A stretch of DNA of 64,000 bases from Eledone cirrhosa (taxonomy: Eukaryota). Shown piece after piece: positions 48,285-62,058 of this stretch. The translations under genes were made by a program, and so were the position numbers. The stretch is taken from assembly GCA_964016885.1 (NCBI GenBank), contig OZ024744.1, forward strand, positions 63,612,001 through 63,676,000, given 5' to 3'. The notes under the pieces were generated by a model. It was not told where the DNA came from, did not search any database, and was given only the letters and a program-made list of their open reading frames with translations. Each line of letters opens with the position of its first letter. Position 1 is the stretch's first letter.

Positions 48285-48294
48285 ATTATATATC

Positions 48295-48457
48295 AAATTC
48301 AATATAGAAATGGCTTCTACAGGACTAGAACTTTCATTCGAAGGAAATCATCAAGAAAGCCCATATAATTTCCTTCGAATGAAACACTAGGAACCATTTC
48401 TGTATTAAATTTGATGTTTCTTACTTATTGTGGTTACCCCCGCTTGAACCCTGGACT

Positions 48458-48460
<3 letters not shown>
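48295..48460. mobile_element. Family B pLTR relic with degenerate HHR and short inversion
   Basis: TTCTACAGGACTAGAACT...AATCATCA matches 7108-7150; TGTGGTTACC...AACCC matches the reverse complement of 7030-7060. Confidence 0.6.
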
Positions 48461-48526
<66 letters not shown>

Positions 48527-49098
48527 CCTGAGTTCAGTCTTTTTCGTGGCTATGGTCACTGCGGCCCTTCTATCGGTCGCTGTCTTCATTTTGCAAAGCT
48601 GTCTAAACGTAATGTTATAACTCTAGGGTTATACACCCTATCGAGTGCTTAGCTGTACACCGAGAAAGCATTCGTCAGCCTGGTTGCAACTATGGCTTCG
48701 TTGATGCTGTACTAAATTTTATATATATATATTGTGCGTTTTTAACACTCTCTCTCTCTAATAATAATGATAGTCGGCGGAATTAGGGCCTGGAAGATCA
48801 CAAATCTGAGTACCCGATACATGGTATGATACAGAGTGGGTATGTTAGTGAAAGTAGAAGATAGACCGCGAGCTCAGCGGTTTCGGCTAGTTACCAGATT
48901 GTTTCTAAGGAAGACGGTAAGATGGATCTAGGATATCAAGACTAGAGATAGGTGTTTCTTCAACCACTGTCTATTAGACAATATATCGATTTATCATAAG
49001 CAATCAAGCCTCTGAAACGAGCGTAAAATAATGAACTAATTAAGAACCTTTCTTGGCTTTTTGTTTTATTTTCGTTGTTCAAAACACATGCATATATA

Positions 49099-49104
<6 letters not shown>

Positions 49105-49134
<30 letters not shown>

Positions 49135-49480
49135 TGTATGTATGTATGTATGTATGTATGTATGTATGTATGTATGTATGTATGTATGTATGTATGTATG
49201 TATGTATGTATGTATGTATGTATGTATGTATGTATGTATGTATGTATGTATGTATGTATGTATGTATGTATGTATGTATGTATGTATGTATGTATGTATG
49301 TATGTATGTATGTATGTATGTATGTATGTATGTATGTATGTATGTATGTATGTATGTATGTATGTATGTATGTATGTATGTATGTATGTATGTATGTATG
49401 TATGTATGTATGTATGTATGTATGTATGTATGTATGTATGTATGTATGTATGTATGTATGTATGTATGTATGTATGTATG

Positions 49481-49510
<30 letters not shown>
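49105..49510. repeat. Perfect (TATG)n, about 100 units
   Basis: Directly visible. Confidence 0.99.
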
Positions 49511-49511
<1 letters not shown>

Positions 49512-49513
49512 GT

Positions 49514-49997
49514 AAGGGCAAAGGAGCTCTTAAGAGTCAATGGCCATCCAAAATCACCGGGAGAGATGACCCCTTTAGCCTTAGTCAAGGCAGAATTCTA
49601 GGAGAAGGAAAACTCTGATATAACACCTGCAACCCTGATGGTATCCAATGATGTTGACTTGTTCTTCTTTTTGGTAAATAGCATCTTGGTTAAGAGAGTG
49701 GGACTGGCTTTGTGCAGTGCCTTTGCTCACTATAAAAGCTTCACGGCACAGGCATTGCTTTATATCTGGAGATCTCTCTGCACTTGTCCTCACATGGGCC
49801 CAGCACTATGTGTCAATAATTGTCCTACCATGGGCCTAGCACTATGTGTCAATGATTGTCACAGGTGTAGTGTTTGTACCAGAGGTTTCAAGTCGCTGGC
49901 TGGACTAAAAAGTCACACTCGTTCAGCGCTTCGGTAGGGGTTATCCTACATGGATGTAAAGTAGTGGCCGTACTCGAAAACGAGTTGGCAGCCACCA
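49514..49997 (+). mobile_element. Non-autonomous RTE-derived short element, copy 3, with an internal ~36-bp duplication
   Basis: Matches the other two copies; CATGGGCC.AGCACTATGTGTCAAT occurs twice. Confidence 0.78.
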
Positions 49998-50017
49998 TGT
50001 ATGTATGTATGTATGTA

Positions 50018-50092
<75 letters not shown>

Positions 50093-50230
50093 GAAACAGC
50101 GAGTTGGTTTGAAATTCTTAGAAATGTAAGCTATCGCCGTATTTTGATTAAAGAAATTATTTAGCCTGATAGTGGGGTTAAGAACCCTCGGAGAAATGGA
50201 AAAATATGAGTATTGACGTACACCAACACA

Positions 50231-50302
50231 TATGTGTTGGTGTAAATGGTAATACAGTGGTCTGGATAACCAAAGATGTGGGTTCGACTCCCATGTACGT
50301 CA
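50231..50302 (+). tRNA. tRNA-like cloverleaf (pseudo-tRNA or SINE head; anticodon loop CTGGATA) inside an inverted repeat
   Basis: D arm GTGT/ATAC, anticodon arm TGGT/ACCA, T arm GTGGG-TTCGACT-CCCAT; weak acceptor stem. Confidence 0.55.
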
Positions 50303-51749
50303 ATACTCATCTTTTTCCTTTTCTCCGAGGGTTCTTAACCCCACTATCAGGCTAAATAATTTCTTTAATTTCTTTAGTCAAAATACGGCGATATATATCT
50401 CTATATATCTATCCACACGTGTGTGTGTGTGTGGATGTATACACACATGGTTCGAGCACATGTGTTCTCTCTTTAAGCGCATTTAACTCTTTCTTCGCTC
50501 AATTCGATTTGACATTTATAAAGCTACAACAGATTTTCTTCGTCAACTTGAAAACTCTTACGTAGTTTCTCGATCTATCAAAAACAGTAGCCAAATCTTC
50601 CTGAAGTTCCACTATTTTCTTTTAAAAATAAAAAAAGGTTGTTGGGCACATTAGAAAACGTACTCTTAAATACCAGCAGAATACTCCTTGGTCACGGTTG
50701 GAGTGTTTTGGATAATGAGTTTTCTCGATCAAAGCTAAATAACTATTTCTTGGAATTATGAAATTGTTTTTTAAAGAATAAGATTCTATAATCTTTTTAT
50801 GAATTTAATCATGAACAAACGTTAGTTCCCCGATCTTCAGTGACAAATTTCACTCATTCTTAAAAACACAAAACAAAACAAAGTGAAACTAAGGTATTAT
50901 GAGTCCGTGCCCCAGTTTCCATTCTTTATAGCAGCTCTTTCTTTTCGTGTTACTAATTTTCTTGTGGAAAAACATTTCACGGTCTTATTTCCTCTTAGAG
51001 TAGCACATGATGGGGTGTGTGGAGGAGGTTTACTTTCCCAACTAGCTAGCCATATTTCTTTGCAGTCGTGTGTGTGGGGGGAGCAAAAAACTAACAACGT
51101 CCTAGTTCCATTTTTTCTTTTTTCTTATTATTACTGTCAGGTGTGTAGAGTGGAGAGAAATGAGCTTCCACTCTGTTTAATCTGAAATACCGCTGTTGGA
51201 GAACTAAAAACAACAAACTTGCTATATAGATATTGATCAATAAGATAAACAAGAATGAATATACCGTCATTAGTCAGTCCACTATACTCCCATTTCTTTT
51301 ACGATAATTGAATGTCTTGTAATACAAGGAAATTGAGTTAACGTACTATTTATTATCGTTCTTTAATTATTGAAAAATCGGGCGCTCACTAAATTATAAA
51401 TTGCATATTTATTTTAAAAACCTTTCCTTAAGTCTTTCTCTAAGCTTGAATTTTTTTACAATAAATATACCTCCTTTTTAATTGCTGCATGAAAAATCCC
51501 CCCCCCCCCCCAAAAAAAAAACTCCATATAAACTGATTAGTGACTTTAGAAAGATAAAATGTAAACCTTTTTTTATTTTACTTTGCCTTTCATCCTTACG
51601 GGGTCGATAAAATAAAAGTACCAGTAATGCACTAGATAATTGCTGGCCTTGTGCCAAAAGTAGAAACAATTAATTATTCAGTAATAAAATATTAGGTTGC
51701 TTGTGCTTAACTTACACTTTCTACACGCCACGATAGTATACATTCAGTG

Positions 51750-51762
51750 ACCCGGAAGTGAA
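51750..51762 (+). promoter_or_regulatory. ETS/GABP-type motif CCGGAAGTG in the probable KDM2 promoter region
   Basis: Motif ~300 bp upstream of a candidate first splice donor. Confidence 0.35.
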
Positions 51763-52050
51763 TACATTGAGTGAAATACAATCTATTGGAAGTCAATGGA
51801 ATAAAGAGACATGTTAGATTTTTAATGTCACAATTAAAACATTTCTTTCTTTTATTTCAATATTATTTTCATCCTAATCATTTAATTCATTCATTATTAT
51901 TTTTTTAAACTGGCGTCTTTCGAGAGGTTTATAATGTAGAATGCGAATATATATTAAATACATGATTTGCTGCTGCCGCCAGCAGTTGTTACACATTTCT
52001 ATAGCACAAGTGCTTTTTCTTTTCTGCTTCATATTCAAAACGATGTCAGT

Positions 52051-52059
52051 ATGTGCACT
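52051..52059 (+). CDS. KDM2: Candidate first coding micro-exon of KDM2 (MCT), donor GTAAGT at 52060
   Basis: Perfect donor; phase 0 fits the next exon; the start codon is uncertain. Confidence 0.35.
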
Positions 52060-52558
52060 GTAAGTATTTGTTTATTGAACAATAATTATCCGTTATCATA
52101 GCTGATCATTCCAAATACCATTTCGCTTACCTATTTAGATAAACTACTAATGATTTATTATGTGGTTTTAAAGTTATTTAGCGATAAACGTTAAGCTGGT
52201 AGTTAAGGGCTCTTAGTACACACACGCAAATATTAAACTATGGCAATGTCTCACTGCCTCCTTTTTTTTTATTTGGCTTTATTATTTATTTCCATATTTC
52301 TCTCATATTTTATGTATAAAAAAATGTACTTTTCCGTGATAATTTAGTTAAAAAATAATTCGTTAAAAATACCTCCTTTGTAGTTTTGTGCATTTATTTT
52401 ATTTTGCCATCATAAAAATGTATTATTCCGTAATGTAAATTGCTATGGATAAGTCTGCGTGTGTGTACACCCGCTCTCTTTACTGGATTTAATGTAATTT
52501 TTACACAGTACAAGCACATTTCTCTCTTTCTCTCTCTTTCTCTCTCTCTCTCTCTATT

Positions 52559-52594
<36 letters not shown>

Positions 52595-52632
52595 TCTCTT
52601 TCTCTCTTTCTCTCTCTGTATATATATATATG

Positions 52633-52671
<39 letters not shown>

Positions 52672-52717
52672 GAAGGAGCGAAACCTTATAAAATAAAGGT
52701 CTTTTGTGTGATTTCAG

Positions 52718-52856
52718 AGAGCGAAAGAAAGGAAACATTACACCGATGAAGACATCGATGATGATGAAATTGAAGGAAAAAGGAATTACAGTCTGGATGA
52801 GAAGCTGCACAGTAATCAGTTTCAGGGAAATTTTGTGGTGCTCATGAAAGGAGATG
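52718..52856 (+). CDS. KDM2: KDM2/JHDM1 exon (RAKERKHYTDEDIDDDEIEGKRNYSLDEKL...)
   Basis: AG/GT bounded; KDM2 N-terminal motif EIEGKR..LDEKL. Confidence 0.9.
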
Positions 52857-53399
52857 GTAATGTTGAGTTTTTGATGTTTCTTCCTTACCGTGCATTGCAT
52901 TCCCCCACAGGTTTCGTAGTCTTTCAAAATAATGTAGCTTATTTTTGTATACTTTTTTTTAATACTGAAATGATTAGCTAAATGAGGAATTCGGTGTATG
53001 GGTAGGATTTCATGGTTCGATCTTCAGTCCACTTCTGCAGGCCATAACAAAGGGGTTTAAAATTGTATGTAGATAGGAAATATGTTTATGATCTAGTTCT
53101 TATATCTGAATCTGAAAGAACTAAGGGGTCTAAGTAAACCTGAAAAAAACCCAAAAGTTTTAGTTAGTAGGAAAGAAAAGAAGACCTTTATCTTGTCGGA
53201 GAAGTGACCTTGCTCAGTGTGTAGAAAAGGAGTAGGTTGAAACACTAAACGATGTACACAATGTAAATCTTGAGTATAATAGAAGTGTAGTTGGATAACA
53301 ACCAGACTATTAAGAAAGGTTGACTTTGTATGTAGTAGATGTACAGAGATGGTTGATTGTAAGAGTATTAGTTAAATAAACTTTTTCCAATCCCAGAAA

Positions 53400-53724
53400 G
53401 GATCCATAGATGTGGTCGATAGCTTCTGCTACCTAGGGTTAGCTGTGGAGGAAGGTGCTCAGAGAGTTTAGTAGCTAGAATAAGAACGGGATGTAAAAAG
53501 TTCCAGGGACTACTACCTCTATAGACAATAGAAGTTTTCTCTGTAAATGAAAGGCTGCCTATGCAACATCACACAAATGAAGATGCTGGCAGCATTGCTT
53601 CAGCCAAATCAGTTCCTGTATGAGCAAGGCATGGTCAGCCGACCAGACACTGCCCACAACAGGACAACCCGTCTAACCCATGCTAGCGTGGAAGAACGGA
53701 CGTAAAACGGTGATGATGATGATG
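53400..53724 (+). mobile_element. Decayed RTE fragment plus a young subfamily A 3' tail in an intron
   Basis: DSFCYLG...ARIRTG remnant; 53607-53724 is the reverse complement of 28072-28195. Confidence 0.8.
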
Positions 53725-53849
53725 AATGGCTAGTGAGATTCTTTCATGCAGTCATTGTGATAAGGGGTGCAAAATCTAGTAGTAGCAAGTTTTCCATCAT
53801 AGAGTTTACAGTGTGAGATGAAATAAAATTATATAGTGTTTCTTCATTA

Positions 53850-54092
53850 TTAACCCTTTCATTACCATATTTCTAATGAAAGTCATTGCCTATGACTTTC
53901 AAATAATTTTGAAAATAATACAGAATTTGGGGGTATTTAGTAATAATATAACTATATTTTTTATAAACCTATTCATTACCATATTTCAAATAATTTTGAA
54001 AATAATACAGAATTTGGAGGTATTTAGTTATATAACTTTCTCATTAAGTTGGTATTTGAAACAAAGGTCCTTATATAGGAAAGGTTTTTAAA
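53850..54092. mobile_element. piggyBac-type MITE relic
   Basis: TTAA-CCCTTTC start, degenerate GAAAGGTT end, internal duplication. Confidence 0.45.
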
Positions 54093-55070
54093 TGAATATG
54101 TTTGGTTGATGGAACTCTGTTGGACATGACTTTAAGTGTTCCAGTTGTCTGATTAACAGAACAGTTTGCTTGTGAAATTAATTTGCAAGTGACTGAGCAT
54201 TCCACAGGGACATGTAAGGTTGGCCCTTTGAATTTACAGTTGTGTGAACTTGAACAACATAAAATAAAGTGTCATGCCGTCCAGTCCAGGAATCAAAATC
54301 AAGCCTAACACCCTAACCACGAAACTACATACCCTCATATTCAATTTTTAATGCCTAAGAAAATTTCTTTTTCAAGTTGATGTATTTGAAATAATTTAAT
54401 TCAAATTAAATTTTAGACTAAAATATATTTCAAATTTGCTTCACTTGCACAACTGGAAACCAGTTTAGGTTGCACAAAATCACATCATCATCATTACCTA
54501 TTTTCCATTCTTGCATTGGTTTAGACAAGCTGTCATGGTATGAGGCTAGACATGCCAGGTGATCGCAAAATGCTTATAAGTTTAGATTTTAGCTTGGTTT
54601 TCTACAATTTGCCAACTACGTTACAGTGTTGGCAGAGTTTTATTTATTTATTTTTTTTTTTTTGAGGCACCTGTAAGATCACCTTGCAGAGTGGACTGGG
54701 TTGCTTTTTCAGTGTGACACAAGTACAGCCATCTTACAGGGTGGATTGGGTGTTTTATATAAAAGAAAAAGGCAAAAAAAGAGTGCACCAATAAAGTTTC
54801 AAGAGTAAAGAGAAAGAAGTAGACAAAATATATAATATATATATTTTCAACTATGACATTTACATTAGTATGTTAGTAAGTTTGTGATCTTTAGAACAGC
54901 TTTTCACTCAGATTTATTCTGTCATGGCAGTTTTTTTAATGAAATTTATAAAGACTACCTTGATTTTTGTGAATCTGAACTTTTATTTTATTAGGCTGTA
55001 TATTTACAATTTTATGATGATATTTTATATTTCTACATATTTATTAGATTGTTATTTTTTCCACTTTCAG

Positions 55071-55149
55071 AATTCAATTTGAAATTCTTCCAAGAACATG
55101 GGCTGTCAAAACCAATTGTTTTCTTCGAAAAATCTGGTCTTGGAATGCG
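55071..55149 (+). CDS. KDM2: KDM2 exon (FNLKFFQEHGLSKPIVFFEKSGLGMR)
   Basis: Splice sites and phase consistent. Confidence 0.92.
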
Positions 55150-55410
55150 GTATGTATCTCAGAATTATGCAGACTTATATATTTTTTTCTTTGATATTTA
55201 AAAATATCCCTCCCCCCCAGAAATAGTAAATAAGTATCAAAAAGCTATTTACATAATAGGGTTTGGGGTGGTCAGTGTTTAACTAAAGGGAAATAAGTCA
55301 CCAGGAGGTTACACTTTGAGCTGTTACTGCATTCAAATTGGTGGAAATTCTTTTGCTGATATATTTTGTGGATCATATTTTTTAAAACACTTTTATTTGT
55401 AAATTTTCAG

Positions 55411-55457
55411 AGTTCCTAGCTCCAATTTCCAAGTAAGTGATGTAAAACAGTGTGTTG
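55411..55457 (+). CDS. KDM2: KDM2 exon (VPSSNFQVSDVKQCVG)
   Basis: Splice sites and phase consistent. Confidence 0.92.
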
Positions 55458-55670
55458 GTAAGTATATTTTAGTAATAATTTCTGCTTAGTTTACTATCAC
55501 GTATTAGAATAAATGTTTTGGTTTGAAAAACACATCTGCATAATATTATACATAACTTCATCAATAAGAAAAAATAAAAGAATCTTATAGATGACTAGGT
55601 TACAAAAATTAAATGCAAGGTAAATATTAAAGAAATGTCTTGAAATTAATATATTTAAAAATGTATTTAG

Positions 55671-55843
55671 GTAGCAGACGTCCTTTAGATGTGATGGATG
55701 CAAATACCCAACGAGGACTGGAAATGACAATGAAAGACTGGGTAAAATACTACGAAAATACTGATAGAGAAAAGTTGCTTAATGTCATCAGTCTTGAGTT
55801 CAGTCACACCAAACTTGAAAACTATGTTGAATCCCCAACAGTA
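55671..55843 (+). CDS. KDM2: KDM2 exon (SRRPLDVMD...[23 protein letters not shown])
   Basis: NVISLEFS signature. Confidence 0.96.
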
Positions 55844-56312
55844 GTGAGTAAATGGATTCTTTTTTTAAACTTCTTTTTCCCAACCCTTTTGGTACCAACC
55901 CACCTGAAACAGCTATTCTGTATTTATTTGGACACGTTTATATTTCTCATAACCTTCCATTATAATTTCATGTAAGAACCTTTCTTAACTGTTAATGTAT
56001 GTACTGCATGAAACTGCATTAGCAAGGCATTGATAATTAAATTCTTTATTTTAATATTGCAGATTTTTACAATGATCTGTTTAATAGTAAAGAAACTATA
56101 AAAATTTGAATTAAAAGACTTGTCTTTAGATATTTTCTACTAAATCTTTTTATTTTCCCCTCTTTGTTTGGGGGTGTGTGTGTAAACATAGATGAATTAA
56201 TGTTATTGCTAGGAAGGTTACTTAAATGAATTCAGCTCAACAATGTTAAAATACTTCACATTTATATAACTATGGTGGTGGTAACAATTAATATTGTTTT
56301 TCTTTTATATAG

Positions 56313-56419
56313 GTTCGACAAACTGATTGGGTTGATACTGTATGGCCACCTATTTATAAGAAATGCCAAACAGAAGCAACAAATATAATTGAAAAGATGA
56401 AATACCCTAAAGTTCAGAA
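56313..56419 (+). CDS. KDM2: KDM2 exon ([12 protein letters not shown]...MKYPKVQK)
   Basis: DWVD..WP and YPKVQK signatures. Confidence 0.96.
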
Positions 56420-56558
56420 GTATGTAACTATTTCAAACTCATAATCTAAAAACTTCCGTTTTATAATTTGATGTTAGCATTTATATTGTAAATAACGCTC
56501 TCTTCTCGTTCTGTGTGTGTGTATATATATATCATCATCACCATTGTTTAATGTCATA

Positions 56559-57735
56559 TAATGAGAAAATTTCATATTATTTATTTTCATAAACTTACAG
56601 AACTTTGTCTCTTTCAAAACAATGACTTCTCACATTTACTCACTTGTGCAGGTGTCTCCCCTACTCTTGGAAGACCTCCCAGCCCTTTTGCAGTCTCATC
56701 AGCAAATTTGCCAATGCCTCCTTCTGCTCCTGTGTTGACTTGAATCTGATTCCCCTGAAGCTGTCTTTCATGCATGGGATCAGAAAGAAGTCACAAGGAG
56801 CTAGGTCTGGATTCTGGGGTGGGTGTTATACCACTTTCATTTCCTTGTTTGCAATCCAGTGGTTACCAACATTGACATGGGGCATTGTCCTGGTGGAACC
56901 ACCACTCTCCATTCTCCCTCATCTTCTCCCTCATCTTCTCCCTGAACCATCCTAGAACTTTAAGGTAATACTCCTTATTTAAGATTTGGCCCTCAGGAAC
57001 TCATTCAATGGGAATTAGCCCCTGGAAGTCAAAAAAAGAATGGCCATGGCCTTCTCTTGGAACTTGCTCATTTTTGCTTTCTTGGGACTGGAGAAGGACA
57101 TGTGCTTCCACTGGTCACTGATGTTTGCTCTCATGGTCATAGATGAATACCCAACTCTCATCACAAGTCACTACTTTATTCAGGAAACCAGAATCAACAT
57201 CTGTCATTGAGAATGTCAGTGCATCATTCCATAAGAAACTGCTTCTGGTCATCGGAGGTCAGAATTGTCTCCACTTCACCAGATATCTTCCCGGTAGGTC
57301 GAGGGTCTTATATCACTAACGTTCACCCTGCCTTGATGTTTTCCTCCTTTCTTGTGCTGTTCGGTGCACCAGATCTGTGTTCATCTTCAACCTGTTCATT
57401 TCCTTCAGAGAATTGATTAAACAATCCATAGAAATTTGCTTTCTCAACAATTCATCCCCATAGGCCTCCTATAACATTCTACAGGCTTCTTGTTTGGCTC
57501 TCAAGTTTAACACAAATTTTGATGGCATTTGTAACATTGCTCAGTTTCCCTGCATCTTGCTATGTGTTGACAGATTGGAAAATCAGATCACATTGAGTAC
57601 ATTGTTGCACTCCAGCCTAGGCATATAGGAATTTATGAGTTAGTTACTTTATACATTATATGCAAGTCTGCTTCCCCATGAAGTAGCATTCTATTTGAAT
57701 TATATTTAATGCCTCTCCAGAAATTTTCTCATTAC
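56559..57735 (-). mobile_element. Decayed mariner transposon in an intron
   Basis: Minus-strand VVTCDESWVFIYD and PDLAPCDFFL motifs; TIR remnants TAATGAGAAAATTTC / GAAATTTTCTCATTA. Confidence 0.85.
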
Positions 57736-58211
57736 TTATTGAACATACTTTGTATATTCCTCTCCCTTCTATTTTCTTGACCAGAATGTCAGCTACCTAC
57801 ATGTCCTTCTATCTTATTTTGCTTCTAACCACCTTACTATTCACCTCGTGATGCTGTTTCGTCTGAAGACTAATGTGAATGTTTTTCTGTTTCCTCATGG
57901 TTAATTTGTTTCACACACTACTTCATTTCATTGCTTTTTGTTTTCAATTTGAAACACTTAAGGTTTATGTACACTTTTTTTACTTTTATTTGTGTATTTA
58001 TCGAAAAGATTCACTCTATCCTATGCTACTGTATTTCGTCATCTCATTCTGTCCTGTTACAATCAGATGTGTACTAGAGGGAATAATGTTAACTTTAAAG
58101 CACAGAAATGATAATGATCTTCAGTTCTTTTCTGTTGTCTATTTTTGTTGCATGTGTTCATAGTTTAAATTATATTTATAGACATATAGATAGCTTCCAG
58201 TGTATATATAA

Positions 58212-58340
<129 letters not shown>

Positions 58341-58670
58341 TGAAGTTTGAATTTTTCAGTTGTCTGTTTTGCGAGTACAAAAATATTATTTGTCGACGTC
58401 CTTGTTTAACGTCCACTTTCTCTGCTAGTAATAGTAAAGGTGGCATTAAAAGCTGTCTTAAATCCTGCATTTATTGCATGATGACATATGAATTTTGCTT
58501 TTAATAGTTAAAGCAATATTTTTAAAAATATCAACTTGTTTATTTATATTAAATTGCTGTAATTAAAGTACAAGAAACCTGAACACAAAGATTTTATTTT
58601 GTAAAATCTATAAAAAGAAAAAAAGGAAATCTGCAATGTGTGTTTCTAATGAATTTATGTGTCTTTTTAG

Positions 58671-58824
58671 GTTTTCTGGCTAATCCCTCCCACTGAAGTT
58701 AATATTGAACTCTATGTTAATTGGATACTTTCTGGTAAACAAGGAGATATATTTTTGGGTGACCAAGTTGAAAGCTGTCAAAGAATAGTTTTAGCAGAAG
58801 GATACACTTTTGTAATTCCATCAG
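58671..58824 (+). CDS. KDM2: KDM2 JmjC exon (VFWLIPPT...GYTFVIPS)
   Basis: JmjC signature and splice sites. Confidence 0.97.
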
Positions 58825-59123
58825 GTAAGTTATTTCATTCAAGGCATATTTTATAAATTATCATGAAAAAAACAGAACTTTTTATTGAAATGTTGCTTGA
58901 TTAAATCTTGATAACATGTACGGTATGAAACTACATTTGTAAGACAATCTTGAAAAGTACAAAACAGCACTGACAGCATTATATTAGAATTAAAATCTTT
59001 ACAGTAATACTGCAATTTTTGTTTCTGATATGTCCACTAGTAAAGCTATTATAAACGTTTGAGTTAAACTTGTTTTTATATATTTTCTGCTAAATCATTG
59101 TAGGATATTAAGAGTTAAATTAA

Positions 59124-59297
<174 letters not shown>

Positions 59298-59638
59298 TAA
59301 TGAATATTTCAAAATTTGTTATTGCTTATTTCAAATAGTTTTGTTTGGATTTGATTTAAAATGGATCTCCTTGCATATTTTTCCCATAGCCTTTTTAGAT
59401 GCTTATTAAGAAAGTAAATTCTATACAATACATTTTGTGAATAATTACATTGTTGTTTACAGGGTTCCAATGAGTCAGTCCCTGTATTTCTGAGAGTGTT
59501 GAGGAAGTGTCTGTAATACAAGTGGAATATGTATTTTTGGTTTATCAACAGTTTCTTTCGCTGATTTATGTCTGTGATATATTATATGCAAGCCGGGGAA
59601 AGCGGACGTAAAATGATGATGATGATGATATATATATA

Positions 59639-59734
59639 CAGGGTGTCCAAAAAAATGCATACACACTTCAACTTTCTACTAAATATTGTCTGTACAGGTA
59701 ATCAGAGTGTGTATACATTTTTGGGGACGCCCTG
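59639..59734. mobile_element. ~96-bp Tc1/mariner-type MITE
   Basis: TIRs CAGGGTGTCCAAAAAAATG.ATACACAC / GTGTGTATACATTTTTGGGGACGCCCTG. Confidence 0.8.
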
Positions 59735-60144
59735 TGTGTATATATATATATGTATACTGACACACACACACACACACACATACCAGATTTCACATGTGAA
59801 ACATTGTTTAATCAAAGTCTAAATAATGAAATTATTAAAAATCTTAGTAAATCCATCAAATTCTTCATTAGCTATGTCCTGAGATCACAGTATGTTTATT
59901 TCTAAAATAAATTGTTACAATCTCTTCTACATTCTACACTCTTGAGTATCTGCAAGTGATTAGATCAGAGGAGTGATGGGAATAAATGTGAAAGAAACAC
60001 CTGGCTACAGATTATAGAAGTAGAAATGAAAGCTAGTGAGTTAGTGACGGGAAATGTAGAGAAAATTGGCTTAAAATGTTTGTTGTAATTTGCATTAAAC
60101 TATTAATTTGTTATTTTAACATTTTTCATTTTTTTATGAAACAG

Positions 60145-60783
60145 GTCCCACAAAAGTTCCGATATCCATTTTTCACAGAGATTTCTTGGTATGTATTGGA
60201 CCGATATTTGGCTTGCTTGACTGGTAAATCTTTCTTGCAAAAGTCAGTTTATGAAATTGAGAAGGATGAAGATTCTGAGTTGGATGACTCCCGACCTCCT
60301 TCCAGAGATCCAGAGGACTACAATGAGAGAAACCAAAACAGACAAGATGAAAAAGATCCAAAATCTTCTCAACATAAACTTTCTAAAAGTATAACGATTG
60401 AATTAACTCGTATTGACGAGAAAAATTTCCCTCGGGCAAGCAGTGATGAAGAAAGCACACCAGCCAAAAGCAGTAGTCGGTCAAGGAGAGGCGAAGGTCC
60501 TGATGGTAAAGGAAGGGAATCCAAAAGATCTCGTTCACCTGCTAGCATTGATGATAAAAGTGAAACAGATGAAATTCTTGGTGAAAAAGATTCAAAAGAA
60601 GATCTCTTTAAAGATGGGACATTGGACAGTGCTAAGTTTGTTCCCAAGAAAAATGTACATATTACCAAAATTGAATTAGCTGGCCTTGAGAAATTGGTTC
60701 AATGGTTAGAAGCATTGCCACCTGCAAAGAAGAATGTACCAAAAGATATCTCTGAGCCAGATACCTTAATTAAAGAGTTTAAG
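60145..60783 (+). CDS. KDM2: KDM2 exon (VPQKFRYPFFTEISWYVL...VPKDISEPDTLIKEFK)
   Basis: Within ORF 60076-60873; KFRYPF motif; AG/GT bounded. Confidence 0.95.
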
Positions 60784-61186
60784 GTTGGTTATAAGTTCAG
60801 TATATTCATAAACCACTTGGTCTTTTTCCTTAATACTTTATATTTATTTGATATACTTTATATATATATTTAATGTTTTTATATCTATTAATCATTTTGC
60901 TTATACCTTCAGTTCTGTGGTTTTCAGGTATTCTTTGGTCTTGGAATTTTTTAAGAAGTAAAGCTTGCGGTAAAATTAAGGCAACAAAGCTGTTCTACTA
61001 TATATATTTATATATACGTAATTTATGTAATATAAATTTCTTAAACTTAAATTCATTCCTAGGGATAAAAGTTTATAAAATGCTGCAATTTTAACTATAT
61101 TAGCTGAGACCATATACTTTTATACAATAAACCCAGCTTCAAACTTTATTATTTTATGAATTGGAAATTTTTTTATTATTATTTAG

Positions 61187-61267
61187 CAAATGTTGCTTGA
61201 CCACAAGAATGATGATCCACAGCTATCCGTCACCGGGGAACCTATATTACAGTGGCCTCCATCTAAA
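61187..61267 (+). CDS. KDM2: KDM2 exon (QMLLDHKNDDPQLSVTGEPILQWPPSK)
   Basis: H..DDP....TG.P...W motif. Confidence 0.93.
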
Positions 61268-62058
61268 GTGAGATTTAAATTACATTTCTATTATATGTTT
61301 GGTGCCTTTCAATGCTCCCCATTTCCTCTGTTCCCTCTACTCCTTATCAGATGATACTATTATCTAATTTGCCACTCCTGCTCACTTTACCTGTTAGCAC
61401 CACCTAGTTCACTTATCAACTTCCCACTCTAACATCCTAACTTTCATTCAACAGCATTCATTTATTAGTCTGCCAACTCGGTAACATTTTAATCCTTTTC
61501 ATATTTCATTCTTATCCTTTTTCTTTTACTCTACATATATAAAGGGTTTAACCTGAAACATCAGATCCTTTCAATTCATTGTACACATATTGTTTGTGTT
61601 ATTTGTCCACCATCTTGTTCAGTTGTCTCTATCCACTGTATGTATATTTGTCATTTTAAACTAATATACAGTGAACCAATCGATGGTAATCCAATACCAT
61701 TAGCCATTAAAATGCACATCTCTGCTGGCTTCATTTCATAGTTTAACATTGTATTTTACTCTGTGGTTTGAATTCTCAGTGACATATACCAGTAGATTTG
61801 TAGCACAAAAATGGATGATACTGCTTCAATTGAATATTGACAAGATAATTTTAAGAGGACTATAAATTTTATCTTAACTAAGCAGAATACTGGTGTGTGT
61901 GTGTGTGTGTGTATGTATGTATATGTACGTATATCAGGATTCATTTTTATATATTATCCGTTTTGCATTTAAGATAAGGTCCTGTAAATATATTTGAGCT
62001 GAGTTCAGTTGACTTTATATATAATGAAAAGAAAGCAATATTTTACCTAGCCCTTTAA

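Noticed and set aside
61280-61640. Intronic repeat-like segment with AAGGGTTTAACCTGAAACATCAG, resembling a decayed pLTR HHR
   Set aside because: Core 5' strand is missing; too degenerate to call
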